Shown: one piece after another, positions 8,520 to 17,300 of the stretch
How positions within the stretch are numbered: the first letter of the stretch is position 1
How the letters are laid out: each line of letters opens with the position of its first letter
Source: Pseudomonas aeruginosa
Lineage (GTDB): Bacteria; Pseudomonadota; Gammaproteobacteria; Pseudomonadales; Pseudomonadaceae
DNA length: 32,000 nt
Assembly (NCBI RefSeq): GCF_001457615.1
Contig: NZ_LN831024.1
Coordinates: 4,920,001 to 4,952,000, forward strand
Reading direction: 5' to 3'
The notes under the pieces: generated by a model
What the model was told of the DNA's origin: nothing
Database searches by the model: none
Seen by the model: only the letters and a program-made list of their open reading frames with translations
Translations under genes and position numbers: made by a program

Positions 8520-8921
8520 ATGGCTGGCGAAACCTCGCTGCGCACCCTGCTGCGCACGCTCACTCCCGAACTCAATCCCGGCGACTATGTGTTCTGTACC
8601 TGCGCCGATGGCGCGCTGCCGAACGGCGCCGAGCCGCTCGCCAGCTTCCGCGAGCGCGAGGGCCTGACCCTGGTGCTCGAACGCCGGCAGGCCGAACGCC
8701 TGGGCCTGCCCTACGAATACGTGGCGGCCTGGATCACCCTGACGGTGCACTCCTCGCTGGCGGCGGTGGGCCTGACCGCCGCCTTCGCCACGGCGCTGGC
8801 CGAAGCCGGGATCAGTTGCAACGTGATGGCCGGCTATTTCCACGACCACCTGTTCGTCGCCCGCGACGAGGGCCGGCGCGCCCTCGCCGTGCTCCAGCGG
8901 CTGGCGGCGGAGGCACACTGA
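8520..8921 (+). CDS. Small conserved hypothetical protein (ACT-domain-like), co-oriented with the exporter
   Basis: 133-aa ORF with GC-rich third positions. Its stop at 8919-8921 lies 1 nt before the exporter ATG at 8923, which suggests coupling. The family assignment is from memory only. Confidence 0.65.
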   Translation: MAGETSLRTLLRTLTPELNPGDYVFCTCADGALPNGAEPLASFREREGLTLVLERRQAERLGLPYEYVAAWITLTVHSSLAAVGLTAAFATALAEAGISCNVMAGYFHDHLFVARDEGRRALAVLQRLAAEAH

Positions 8922-8922
8922 C

Positions 8923-9524
8923 ATGTGGCAGAGCTATCTCAACGGCATCCTGGTGGCTGCCGGCCTGATCATCGCCATCGGCGCGCAGAATGCCTTCGTC
9001 CTCGCGCAGAGCCTGCGCCGCGAGCATCACCTCTCGGTGGCCGCGCTCTGCGTGTTCTGCGACGCGGTGCTGGTCAGCCTCGGCGTGTTCGGCCTGGCCA
9101 AGCTGCTGCTGGAAAACCCGACGCTGCTGGCCATCGCCCGCTGGGGCGGGATCGCCTTCCTGACCTGGTACGGGCTCAAGGCGCTGCTTCGCGCGTTGCG
9201 CCCGGACGCTCTCGGCAACGCCGCGGAAACCGGGCCACGCTCGCGCAAGGCGGTGCTTCTGGCGGCACTGGCGGTCACCCTGCTCAACCCCCACGTCTAT
9301 CTCGATACCGTACTTCTGATCGGTTCGCTCGGCGCCCAGCAGGCCGCGCCGGGCGCCTATGCCCTCGGCGCGGCCAGCGCCTCGCTGATGTGGTTCTTCG
9401 CCCTCGCCCTCGGCGCGGCGTGGCTGGCCCCTGGCTGGCGCGCCCGGCCACCTGGCGCCTGCTCGACCTGATGGTGGCGGCCATGATGCTGGGCATGGCC
9501 GCGCAACTGCTGTTCCGGGGATAA
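8923..9524 (+). pseudogene. argO: LysE/ArgO-family basic amino acid exporter, interrupted by a 1-nt frameshift (or a sequencing error) in a C-run
   Basis: Frame 1 (8923..9471) gives a typical LysE N-terminus (MWQSYLNGILVAAGLIIAIGAQNAFVL...LNPHVYLDTVLLIGS). The conserved C-terminal TM (WLARPATWRLLDLMVAAMMLGMAAQLLFRG*) continues in frame 3 to 9524. The frames switch at the CCCC run 9428-9431. Confidence 0.8.
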
Positions 9525-9870
9525 CGCGGTTTCTGTCTTCCCGAGCGAACCCTCGCGCCGCCAGGCAGTCCAGAGAGAATGTGGCGGTGTTCGCCGGCGA
9601 GCTTGCAGAAGCCCGTCGCAGCGCGCCGCCGCCGGCCTTTGCCCCTACAGTTGCTGCGTGGATATGCCCCGACACGGGTGCTATGATCCGGAGTTCGCGG
9701 CACTGGGAGCCTAGGCTCCGAGTCGCACCCGGCGCCCTTTCCGGAGCGCTCCGCCGAACGTCCCCCCGGGGATCCAGGACGGGCTCCCGGACAGGCATCG
9801 GACCGGCCCCGTGAACCGGTCGCGCGCTAGCCGCGCCAGTCCTGACCTGAGGAAGAATAGGAGAGACACC

Positions 9871-10452
9871 ATGGCTTTCGAATTGCCGCCGCTGCCTTAC
9901 GAAAAGAACGCCCTTGAGCCGCACATTTCCGCAGAAACCCTGGAATACCACCACGACAAGCACCACAACACCTACGTGGTGAACCTGAACAACCTGATCC
10001 CGGGCACCGAGTTCGAAGGCAAGAGCCTCGAAGAGATCGTCAAGAGCTCCTCCGGCGGCATCTTCAACAACGCCGCCCAGGTGTGGAACCACACCTTCTA
10101 CTGGAACTGCCTGAGCCCGAACGGCGGTGGCCAGCCCACCGGCGCCCTGGCCGACGCCATCAACGCCGCCTTCGGCTCCTTCGACAAGTTCAAGGAAGAG
10201 TTCACCAAGACTTCCGTCGGCACCTTCGGTTCCGGCTGGGGCTGGCTGGTGAAGAAGGCCGACGGCTCCCTAGCCCTGGCCAGCACCATCGGTGCCGGCA
10301 ACCCGCTGACCAGCGGCGACACCCCGCTGCTGACCTGCGACGTCTGGGAACACGCCTACTACATCGACTACCGCAACCTGCGTCCGAAGTACGTCGAGGC
10401 GTTCTGGAACCTGGTCAACTGGGACTTCGTAGCGAAGAATTTCGCTGCCTGA
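9871..10452 (+). CDS. sodB: Iron superoxide dismutase
   Basis: ATG at 9871 follows the [46 protein letters not shown] and the ...[13 protein letters not shown] metal-ligand motifs are present. 193 aa. Confidence 0.97.
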   Translation: MAFELPPLPYEKNALEPHISAETLEYHHDKHHNTYVVNLNNLIPGTEFEGKSLEEIVKSSSGGIFNNAAQVWNHTFYWNCLSPNGGGQPTGALADAINAAFGSFDKFKEEFTKTSVGTFGSGWGWLVKKADGSLALASTIGAGNPLTSGDTPLLTCDVWEHAYYIDYRNLRPKYVEAFWNLVNWDFVAKNFAA

Positions 10453-10469
10453 GTCTGATCAGAACCACG

Positions 10470-10504
10470 AAAAAGCCCGGCATTCGCCGGGCTTTTTCGT
10501 TTTA
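10470..10504 (+). terminator. Rho-independent terminator of sodB
   Basis: A-run, then stem GCCCGGC (10475-10481) / GCCGGGC (10486-10492) with loop ATTC, followed by TTTTTCGTTTT. Confidence 0.9.
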
Positions 10505-10632
10505 ATCTGCGGTCCAGGAGCCATCGTCTACCCTCAGGAACTGGTAGACCTTCGCTCGTGATAGCCTCTTGAGGTAAACAAGCTCTTCCTACCGGCTTGT
10601 CTTTCGCCCTGGCGACGAACAAGGAAGGCCCC

Positions 10633-12696
10633 TTGAAACTGGACTCCCGACACAGCCTCTCGCTCAAGCTGCTGCGTGTCGTGCTACTGGCGGCGCTAGC
10701 CGTTGGCGTAGTGCTCAGTTGCGCGCAGATCGTCTTCGACGCCTACAAGGCCAAGCAGGCGGTGAGCAGCGACGCCCAACGCATCCTCGCGATGGTCCGC
10801 GACCCTTCCACCCAGGCGGTCTACAGCCTCGACCGGGAAATGGCGATGCAGGTCCTCGAAGGCCTGTTCCAGCACGAGGCGGTGCGCCAGGCGAGCATCG
10901 GCCATCCCGGCGAGCCGATGCTGGCGGAGAAATCCAGGCCGCTGCTGGACCTGCCGACGCGCTGGCTGACCGACCCGATCCTCGGCCAGGAACGCACCTT
11001 CAGCATTCGACTGATCGGCCGCCCGCCCTATAGCGAATACTACGGCGACCTGAAGATCACCCTGGACACCGCGCCCTACGGCGAGAACTTCGTCACCACT
11101 TCGGAAATCATCTTCATCTCCGGCATTCTCCGCGCCCTGGCCATGGGCCTGGTGCTGTTCCTGGTCTACCACTGGATGCTGACCAAGCCGCTGTCGAAGA
11201 TCATCGAACACCTGGTCAGCATCAATCCCGACCGCCCCAGCCAGCACCAGTTGCCGCTGCTCAAGGGGCACGAACGCAACGAGCTGGGGCTCTGGGTGAC
11301 CACCGCCAACCAGTTGCTCGCCTCGATCGAAAGCAACAGCCACCTGCGCCGCGAGGCCGAGGACAACCTGCTGCGCATTTCCCAGTACGACTTCCTCACC
11401 GGCCTGCCGAACCGCCAGTTGCTGCAGCAGCAACTCGACCAGATCCTCGACGGCGCCGGCCGCCAGCAGCGCCGGGTGGCAGTGCTGTGCCTGGGCCTCG
11501 ACGATTTCAAGGGGATCAACGAGCAGTACACCTACCAGCTCGGCGACCAGTTGCTGATCGCCCTCGCCGACCGCCTGCGCGGGCACAGCGCGCGGCTCGG
11601 TTCGCTGGCGCGCCTGGGCGGCGACCAGTTCGCCCTGGTCCAGGCCGACATCGAGCAACCCTACGAGGCGGCCGAACTGGCGCAGAGCATCCTCGACGGC
11701 CTGGAAGCGCCGTTCGAGATCGACCAGCACGAGGTGCGCCTGCGCGCCACCATCGGTATCACCCTGTTCCCCGAGGACGGCGAGACCACGGAGAAACTGC
11801 TGCAGAAGGCCGAGCAGACCATGACCCTGGCCAAGACCCGCTCGCGCAACCGCTACCAGTTCTACATCGCCAGCGTGGACAGCGAGATGCGTCGCCGCCG
11901 GGAACTGGAAAAGGACCTGCGCGACGCCCTGCAGCGCCACGAGCTGCACCTCGTCTACCAGCCGCAGGTGGACTACCGCGACCACCGCGTGGTCGGCGTC
12001 GAGGCGCTGCTGCGCTGGCAACATCCGTTGCACGGCTTCGTCCCGCCGGACCTGTTCATCCCGCTGGCGGAACAGAACGGCAGCATCTTCAGCATCGGCG
12101 AGTGGGTGCTCGACCAGGCCTGCCGGCAGTTGCGCGAATGGCACGACCAGGGCTTCGACGACCTGCGCATGGCGGTCAATCTTTCCACCGTGCAGCTCCA
12201 CCACAACGCCCTGCCACGGGTGGTCAGCAACCTGCTGCAGGTCTACCGCCTGCCGGCGCGCAGCCTGGAGCTGGAAGTCACCGAGACCGGCCTGATGGAG
12301 GACATCTCCACTGCCGCCCAGCACCTCCTCAGCCTGCGCCGCGCCGGCGCGCTGATCGCCATCGACGATTTCGGCACCGGCTATTCCTCGCTGAGCTACC
12401 TGAAGAGCCTGCCGCTGGACAAGATCAAGATCGACAAGAGTTTCGTCCAGGACCTGCTGCAGGACGAGGACGACGCGACCATCGTTCGCGCCATCATCCA
12501 GCTCGGCAAGAGCCTGGGCATGCAGGTGATCGCCGAGGGCGTGGAAACCGCCGAGCAGGAGGCGTACATCATCGCCGAAGGTTGCAACGAAGGTCAGGGC
12601 TACCTGTACAGCAAGCCGCTGCCGGCCAGGGAACTGACCCAGTACCTCAAGCAGGCGCGACGCCTGAGCCAGGCCACCAGCAGCGAACGGCCCTGA
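10633..12696 (+). CDS. bifA: Membrane-bound c-di-GMP phosphodiesterase with a degenerate GGDEF domain and an EAL domain
   Basis: TTG start at 10633 after the SD AAGGAAGG gives 687 aa. It has two N-terminal TM segments, a degenerate GGDQF motif (RLGGDQFALV) and EAL-domain motifs (VGVEALLRW, ELEVTE, DDFGTGYSSLSYL, KIDKSF). Confidence 0.9.
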   Translation: MKLDSRHSLSLKLLRVVLLAALAVGVVLSCAQIVFDAYKAKQAVSSDAQRILAMVRDPSTQAVYSLDREMAMQVLEGLFQHEAVRQASIGHPGEPMLAEKSRPLLDLPTRWLTDPILGQERTFSIRLIGRPPYSEYYGDLKITLDTAPYGENFVTTSEIIFISGILRALAMGLVLFLVYHWMLTKPLSKIIEHLVSINPDRPSQHQLPLLKGHERNELGLWVTTANQLLASIESNSHLRREAEDNLLRISQYDFLTGLPNRQLLQQQLDQILDGAGRQQRRVAVLCLGLDDFKGINEQYTYQLGDQLLIALADRLRGHSARLGSLARLGGDQFALVQADIEQPYEAAELAQSILDGLEAPFEIDQHEVRLRATIGITLFPEDGETTEKLLQKAEQTMTLAKTRSRNRYQFYIASVDSEMRRRRELEKDLRDALQRHELHLVYQPQVDYRDHRVVGVEALLRWQHPLHGFVPPDLFIPLAEQNGSIFSIGEWVLDQACRQLREWHDQGFDDLRMAVNLSTVQLHHNALPRVVSNLLQVYRLPARSLELEVTETGLMEDISTAAQHLLSLRRAGALIAIDDFGTGYSSLSYLKSLPLDKIKIDKSFVQDLLQDEDDATIVRAIIQLGKSLGMQVIAEGVETAEQEAYIIAEGCNEGQGYLYSKPLPARELTQYLKQARRLSQATSSERP

Positions 12697-13599
12697 TCAG
12701 AACAGGCGGCTGAACAGCCAGCCCGCCAATAGCGCGCTGCCCAGGCAGAGCAACGCGGCCCCCGCCGCCTGGCGGCGCAGTTGCACGGCGAGATCGTCCT
12801 CGCCCTGGCTGGAGAGAATGAAGGGATGCGCCTCCCCCGGCTTGCCGAGCCGGTGGCGGGTCGGCGCGGCGCTGCTTGCCCGATGCCGATCCTCGGCCTC
12901 CAGCCGTGCCGCCAGGCGCACCCGGTTCCATTCGCGCTCGTCCAGCTCGCCGTTGCCGTCGCTGTCGAAGCGCGCCAGCAGCCCGTGGAAATCGCCCTTC
13001 CATTCACGGATCACCGCACCCTGCGCCCGTTCGGCATCGAGTCCCTGGCGACCGCCACCGCTGCTGCGGAATTCGCCCAGCGCATAGAGCGGCTCGCCGG
13101 CATGCAGGCGCTCCTCGGTGTAGCGGTAGAGCCGCTCTCCGCCGACCAGGGTGCCGAAGCTCTCCAGCAGTCGCAGGGTATCGATCGGTGCTTCGCGAAA
13201 AGCCTCCCAGCGCTGCTGGGTCAAGGGTCGCACCTCGGCGCCGCGTGGGTCGACCAGGCAGGCATCGGTGGCATCGCGCAAGCCGAATGGCGACTCGCTG
13301 GCACCTTTGTCGACGGTGCGCCAGGCCTTCTCGCGGCCACTGCGCTTTTCCTCGACTTCGATGCGGTAGCGCCACCACAGGCACGGCTTGCCGGTCAAGG
13401 GAGCCTGCAGCGGGCCTTCCGGGCCCTCCTCGAGCACCCCGTAGAGTTCGACGAAACCCTGCGCCGCCGAACGGATCCGCGAGGTCGGTACGTCGCCGAG
13501 CAGACGCGCCCGGGCAAGGCGGTGCACGAACTGCCAGCCGGCCCAGGCGCAGAGCCCCAGGCTGGCGGCGATGAACAGCCAGCGCAGGTCGAAGTCCAT
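12697..13599 (-). CDS. Two-TM membrane protein with a canonical EF-hand loop (GIDE-like partner of LemA)
   Basis: Start at ATG 13599 (MDFDLRWLFIAASLGLCAWAGW...), 300 aa. It has N- and C-terminal TM segments. The EF-hand loop DSDGNGELDERE lies at 12931-12966. The start is 1 nt downstream of the lemA stop. The GIDE assignment is from memory. Confidence 0.75.
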   Translation of the reverse strand: MDFDLRWLFIAASLGLCAWAGWQFVHRLARARLLGDVPTSRIRSAAQGFVELYGVLEEGPEGPLQAPLTGKPCLWWRYRIEVEEKRSGREKAWRTVDKGASESPFGLRDATDACLVDPRGAEVRPLTQQRWEAFREAPIDTLRLLESFGTLVGGERLYRYTEERLHAGEPLYALGEFRSSGGGRQGLDAERAQGAVIREWKGDFHGLLARFDSDGNGELDEREWNRVRLAARLEAEDRHRASSAAPTRHRLGKPGEAHPFILSSQGEDDLAVQLRRQAAGAALLCLGSALLAGWLFSRLF

Positions 13600-13600
13600 C

Positions 13601-14173
13601 TCAGCCGAACAGGGCCTTGAGATCGACGTCGGCCTTCTCCGCCTCGCTGAACTGCAACAGCTCGGCGGCCTTGAAGCCAGCGACACGAGCGATCAGCAGG
13701 TCGGGAAATTGCTCGATGCGCACGTTGTTCAGGTTCACCGCCTCGTTGTACAGCTCGCGGCGATCGGCGATCCCGTTCTCCAGGCCGCTGATGCGCTGGG
13801 AAAGGAACTGGAAACTTTCGTTGGCCTTGAGCTGCGGGTAGTTCTCGGCCAGCGCGAAGAGCTGCCCCAGGCCGGCGCGCAGGCCGCTCTCGGCCTTGCC
13901 CAGGGCATTCACGTCGGCGCGCTCGCGGGCGCTGGCGACGGCGTTGCGGGCGGCGATGACCCGCTCCAGGGTGGCGCGCTCGTGCTGCATGTATTGCTTG
14001 CAGGCCTCGACCAGCTTCGGCAGCTCGTCATGGCGCTGCTTGAGGAGCACGTCGATGTTGGCCCAGGCCTTGCCCACGGCGTGCTTCAGCCGTACCAGGC
14101 CGTTGTAGAGCACCACCGCGTAGCCGGCGAGCAGCAGCAGGACAACCCAGAACGCGATAGCGGTCAGACTCAT
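13601..14173 (-). CDS. lemA: LemA family protein
   Basis: Start at ATG 14173 (MSLTAIAFWVVLLLLAGYAVVLYNGLVRLK...), 190 aa. It has a single N-terminal TM and LemA-type sequence (WANIDVLLKQRHDELPKLV, RELYNEAVNLNN). Confidence 0.9.
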   Translation of the reverse strand: MSLTAIAFWVVLLLLAGYAVVLYNGLVRLKHAVGKAWANIDVLLKQRHDELPKLVEACKQYMQHERATLERVIAARNAVASARERADVNALGKAESGLRAGLGQLFALAENYPQLKANESFQFLSQRISGLENGIADRRELYNEAVNLNNVRIEQFPDLLIARVAGFKAAELLQFSEAEKADVDLKALFG

Positions 14174-14256
14174 GGACGGAGCTCCGGAAGAAGATGCTGG
14201 CATTCTAGCTGCGCCCGACATGTCCAGGCACGACGGCGATCACGCTGCGCCCTTTT

Positions 14257-14282
14257 CAAAAATGCAAATCTTTCGCATTATG
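14257..14282 (+). promoter_or_regulatory. Candidate Fur-repressed promoter of the imelysin gene
   Basis: The 19-bp dyad AATGCAAATCTTTCGCATT (14261-14279; arms AATGC / GCATT) sits between a -35-like TTTTCA (14253-14258) and a -10-like CATTAT (14276-14281). The overlapping 19-mer AAAAATGCAAATCTTTCGC (14258-14276) matches the Fur consensus at 12 of 19 positions by hand. Confidence 0.45.
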
Positions 14283-14366
14283 TGGCAGTTTTTTAACGCC
14301 CTCGCGGGTGTTTCCGACAAGCGCGCGCCGCTTCGGCACGCCACCAATAAAGCAAAGGAATCCGCC

Positions 14367-15707
14367 ATGACTCGTATGCCCCTGGCCACCGCCAGTCTGC
14401 TGGCCCTCGCCATCTCCCTCGCCGGCTGCGGCGACGACAAGAAAGCCGAAGCGCCCGCAACACCGGCGGCCAGCACGCAGCCCGCCGCGCCCGCCGCCGC
14501 CCCGGCCGCCAAGGTCGACGAGGCCGCCGCCAAGGCGGTGATCAAGAACTACGCGGACCTCGCCGAAGCCACCTTCGCCGATGCCCTGAGCACCGCCAAG
14601 GACCTGCAGAAAGCCATCGACGCGTTCCTCGCCAAGCCTGACGCGGAGACCCTGAAAGCCGCCAAGGAAGCCTGGTTCGCCGCTCGTACCCCTTACTCCC
14701 AGAGCGAAGCCTTCCGCTTCGGCAACGCGATCATCGACGACTGGGAAGGACAGGTTAACGCCTGGCCGCTGGACGAAGGCCTGATCGACTATGTCGCCAA
14801 GGACTACCAGCACGCCCTGGGCAACCCTGGCGCCACCGCCAACATCGTCGCCAACACCGAGATCCAGGTCGGCGAAGACAAGATCGACGTCAAGGAAATC
14901 ACCGGCGAGAAACTGGCCAGCCTGAACGAGCTGGGCGGTTCCGAAGCCAACGTCGCCACCGGCTACCACGCCATCGAGTTCCTCCTCTGGGGCCAGGACC
15001 TGAACGGCACCGGTCCGGGCGCCGGCAACCGTCCCGCCACCGACTATGCCCAGGGCAAGGACTGCACCGGCGGCCATTGCGACCGTCGCGCCGCCTACCT
15101 GAAGGCCGTCACCGACCTGTTGGTCAGCGACCTCGAATACATGGCCGGACAGTGGAAAGCCGGCGTCGCCGACAACTACCGCGCCAAGCTGGAGGCCGAA
15201 CCGGTGGATACCGGCCTGCGCAAGATGTTCTTCGGCATGGGCAGCCTGTCCCTCGGCGAACTGGCCGGCGAGCGCATGAAGGTCGCGCTGGAGGCCAACT
15301 CCACCGAAGACGAGCACGACTGCTTCAGCGACGACACCCACCACACCCTGTTCTTCAACGGCAAGAGCATCCGCAACATCTACCTCGGCGAGTACAAGCG
15401 CATCGACGGCAGCGTGGTCAAGGGCCCGAGCCTGGCCGACCTGGTCGCCAAGGCCGACGCCGCCGCCAACGACACCCTGAAGGCCGACCTGGCCGACACC
15501 GAGGCCAAGCTGCAGGCCATCGTCGACAGCGCCGAGAAGGATGGCGTGCACTTCGACCAGATGATCGCTCCGGACAACAAGGACGGCCAGCAGAAGATCC
15601 GCGACGCCATCGCCGCCCTGGTCAAGCAGACCGGCGCCATCGAGCAGGCCGCTGGCAAGCTGGGTATCCAGGACCTGAAGCCGGACAACGCCGACCACGA
15701 GTTCTGA
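14367..15707 (+). CDS. icmP: Imelysin (peptidase M75) family lipoprotein
   Basis: ATG at 14367 follows the SD AAGGAA. The lipobox is LAISLAGC. 446 aa. It has imelysin-like HxxE-type sequence (YHAIEFLLWGQD). Symbol from recollection of the P. aeruginosa insulin-cleaving metalloproteinase gene. Confidence 0.85.
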   Translation: MTRMPLATASLLALAISLAGCGDDKKAEAPATPAASTQPAAPAAAPAAKVDEAAAKAVIKNYADLAEATFADALSTAKDLQKAIDAFLAKPDAETLKAAKEAWFAARTPYSQSEAFRFGNAIIDDWEGQVNAWPLDEGLIDYVAKDYQHALGNPGATANIVANTEIQVGEDKIDVKEITGEKLASLNELGGSEANVATGYHAIEFLLWGQDLNGTGPGAGNRPATDYAQGKDCTGGHCDRRAAYLKAVTDLLVSDLEYMAGQWKAGVADNYRAKLEAEPVDTGLRKMFFGMGSLSLGELAGERMKVALEANSTEDEHDCFSDDTHHTLFFNGKSIRNIYLGEYKRIDGSVVKGPSLADLVAKADAAANDTLKADLADTEAKLQAIVDSAEKDGVHFDQMIAPDNKDGQQKIRDAIAALVKQTGAIEQAAGKLGIQDLKPDNADHEF

Positions 15708-15723
15708 TTCCTTCCTGTGCCAA

Positions 15724-15755
15724 CAGCGTGCGGCCCATGGCCGCACGCTGCGTTT
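15724..15755 (+). terminator. Hairpin terminator after the imelysin gene
   Basis: A perfect 12-bp stem, CAGCGTGCGGCC (15724-15735) / GGCCGCACGCTG (15739-15750), followed by CGTTT (a weak U tract). Confidence 0.6.
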
Positions 15756-15784
15756 CAGGGCCTCGAAAGCGGTCTTCGCGGGCC

Positions 15785-15817
15785 TTTACAAACGCAAATC
15801 CCTCTTATTTTGATTAG
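15785..15817 (+). promoter_or_regulatory. Second Fur-like promoter/operator, paralogous to 14253-14282
   Basis: TTTACAAACGCAAATCCCTCTTATTTTGATTAG shares the core GCAAATC, the -35-like TTTACA and the downstream T-rich -10 region with the icmP upstream element. It lies 53-85 nt before the ATG at 15870. Confidence 0.4.
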
Positions 15818-15869
15818 CCCCAACTGGTAAGCTTGCGGGCTGTTTCCACGCAGTCCGGGATGTTCGCCG

Positions 15870-17291
15870 ATGTCGTTGCCGTCACCTTCCATGCCGCTCG
15901 CCTGTCTCCTGACGGCGCTCCTTCTGGGCGGATGCGGCGCCGACGACGAACCGCTGCGCGCCGAGCCCGGCGAACACCTGTCCGGGGGCGCGACCACGGT
16001 GCTGCAAAGCGACCGCAACGCCTTCTCCCTGCCCTCCGCCAGCCTCGCCCCGAGCCGGCGCCTGGACTTCAGCGTGGGCAACAGTTTCTTCCGCAACCCC
16101 TGGGTCATCGCCCCTTCCTCCACCACTGCGCGCGATGGTCTGGGACCGCTGTTCAATACCAACGCCTGCCAGAACTGCCATGTGAAGGACGGTCGCGGCC
16201 ACCCGCCGGGAGCGGACGCGGTCAGCGCGGTGTCGATGCTGGTACGCCTGTCGATCCCGGCCGGCCCTGCGGACGGCAAGACCCTGTTGCACCAGGGGGT
16301 GATTCCCGAGCCGACCTACGGTGGCCAGTTGCAGGACGTCGGCATTCCCGGCGTCGCCCCGGAAGGCAAGGTGCGGGTGGACTACGAGCCACTGAAGGTG
16401 AGGTTCGAGGACGGCACCGAGGTCGAACTGCGCAAGCCGATCCTGCGTATCAGCCAGCTCGGCTATGGGCCGATGCATCCGCAGACGATGTTTTCCGCCC
16501 GCGTCGCCCCGCCGATGATCGGGCTCGGCCTGCTCGAGGCGATTCCCGAAGAGGCGATCCTGGCCAATGCCGATCCGGACGACCGCAACGGCGACGGTAT
16601 CCGCGGGCGCGCCAACCAGGTCTGGGATGCCGCGCGGCAGCGCACCGCGCTCGGCCGCTTCGGCTGGAAGGCCGGCCAGCCGGATATCCCGCAGCAGAAC
16701 GCGCACGCCTTCGCCAACGACATGGGCCTGACCAGCAGCCTGCTGCCCCACGACGACTGCAGCGCCGCCCAGGTCGAGTGCCGCCGGGCGCCCGACGGCG
16801 GCGAGCCGGAAGTCAGCGACAACATCTTCGCCCAGGTGCTGTTCTACAGCCGCAACCTGGCGGTCCCGGCGCGGCGCAAGGTGGACGACCCGCAGGTGCT
16901 GGCCGGCAAGCGCCTGTTCGCCCAGGCCAACTGCGTGGCCTGCCACGTTCCCGCCTTCACTACCGGTTCCGACGCCAGCGAGCCGGAGCTGGCCAACCAA
17001 CGGATTCGTCCCTATTCCGACCTGTTGCTGCATGACATGGGCGACGGCTTGGCGGACAATCGCCCGGAATTTCTCGCCAGCGGGCGGGACTGGCGAACCC
17101 CGCCGCTATGGGGCATCGGCCTGACCGAAACGGTCAACGGTCACACCCAGTTCCTCCACGACGGGCGCGCCCGCAATCTGCTGGAGGCGATCCTCTGGCA
17201 CGGCGGCGAAGCCGAAGCGGCCAAGCGGCACGTGCTCGGCTTCGACGCCGACCAGCGCAGCGCCCTGCTGGCCTTCCTGAATTCACTCTGA
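15870..17291 (+). CDS. Di-haem cytochrome c, peroxidase-like lipoprotein (DUF1111 family)
   Basis: 473 aa. The signal/lipobox is LLLGGC. There are two CxxCH haem motifs: CQNCH (nt 16167-16181) and CVACH, near aa 350. Confidence 0.85.
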   Translation: MSLPSPSMPLACLLTALLLGGCGADDEPLRAEPGEHLSGGATTVLQSDRNAFSLPSASLAPSRRLDFSVGNSFFRNPWVIAPSSTTARDGLGPLFNTNACQNCHVKDGRGHPPGADAVSAVSMLVRLSIPAGPADGKTLLHQGVIPEPTYGGQLQDVGIPGVAPEGKVRVDYEPLKVRFEDGTEVELRKPILRISQLGYGPMHPQTMFSARVAPPMIGLGLLEAIPEEAILANADPDDRNGDGIRGRANQVWDAARQRTALGRFGWKAGQPDIPQQNAHAFANDMGLTSSLLPHDDCSAAQVECRRAPDGGEPEVSDNIFAQVLFYSRNLAVPARRKVDDPQVLAGKRLFAQANCVACHVPAFTTGSDASEPELANQRIRPYSDLLLHDMGDGLADNRPEFLASGRDWRTPPLWGIGLTETVNGHTQFLHDGRARNLLEAILWHGGEAEAAKRHVLGFDADQRSALLAFLNSL

Positions 17292-17300
17292 GGAGCCCAC

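Noticed and set aside
9581-9814. A 77-aa ORF in the argO-sodB intergenic region.
   Set aside because: It has a GTG start with no SD, and the product is an Ala/Arg/Pro-rich low-complexity sequence. The region is better explained as a structured non-coding leader.
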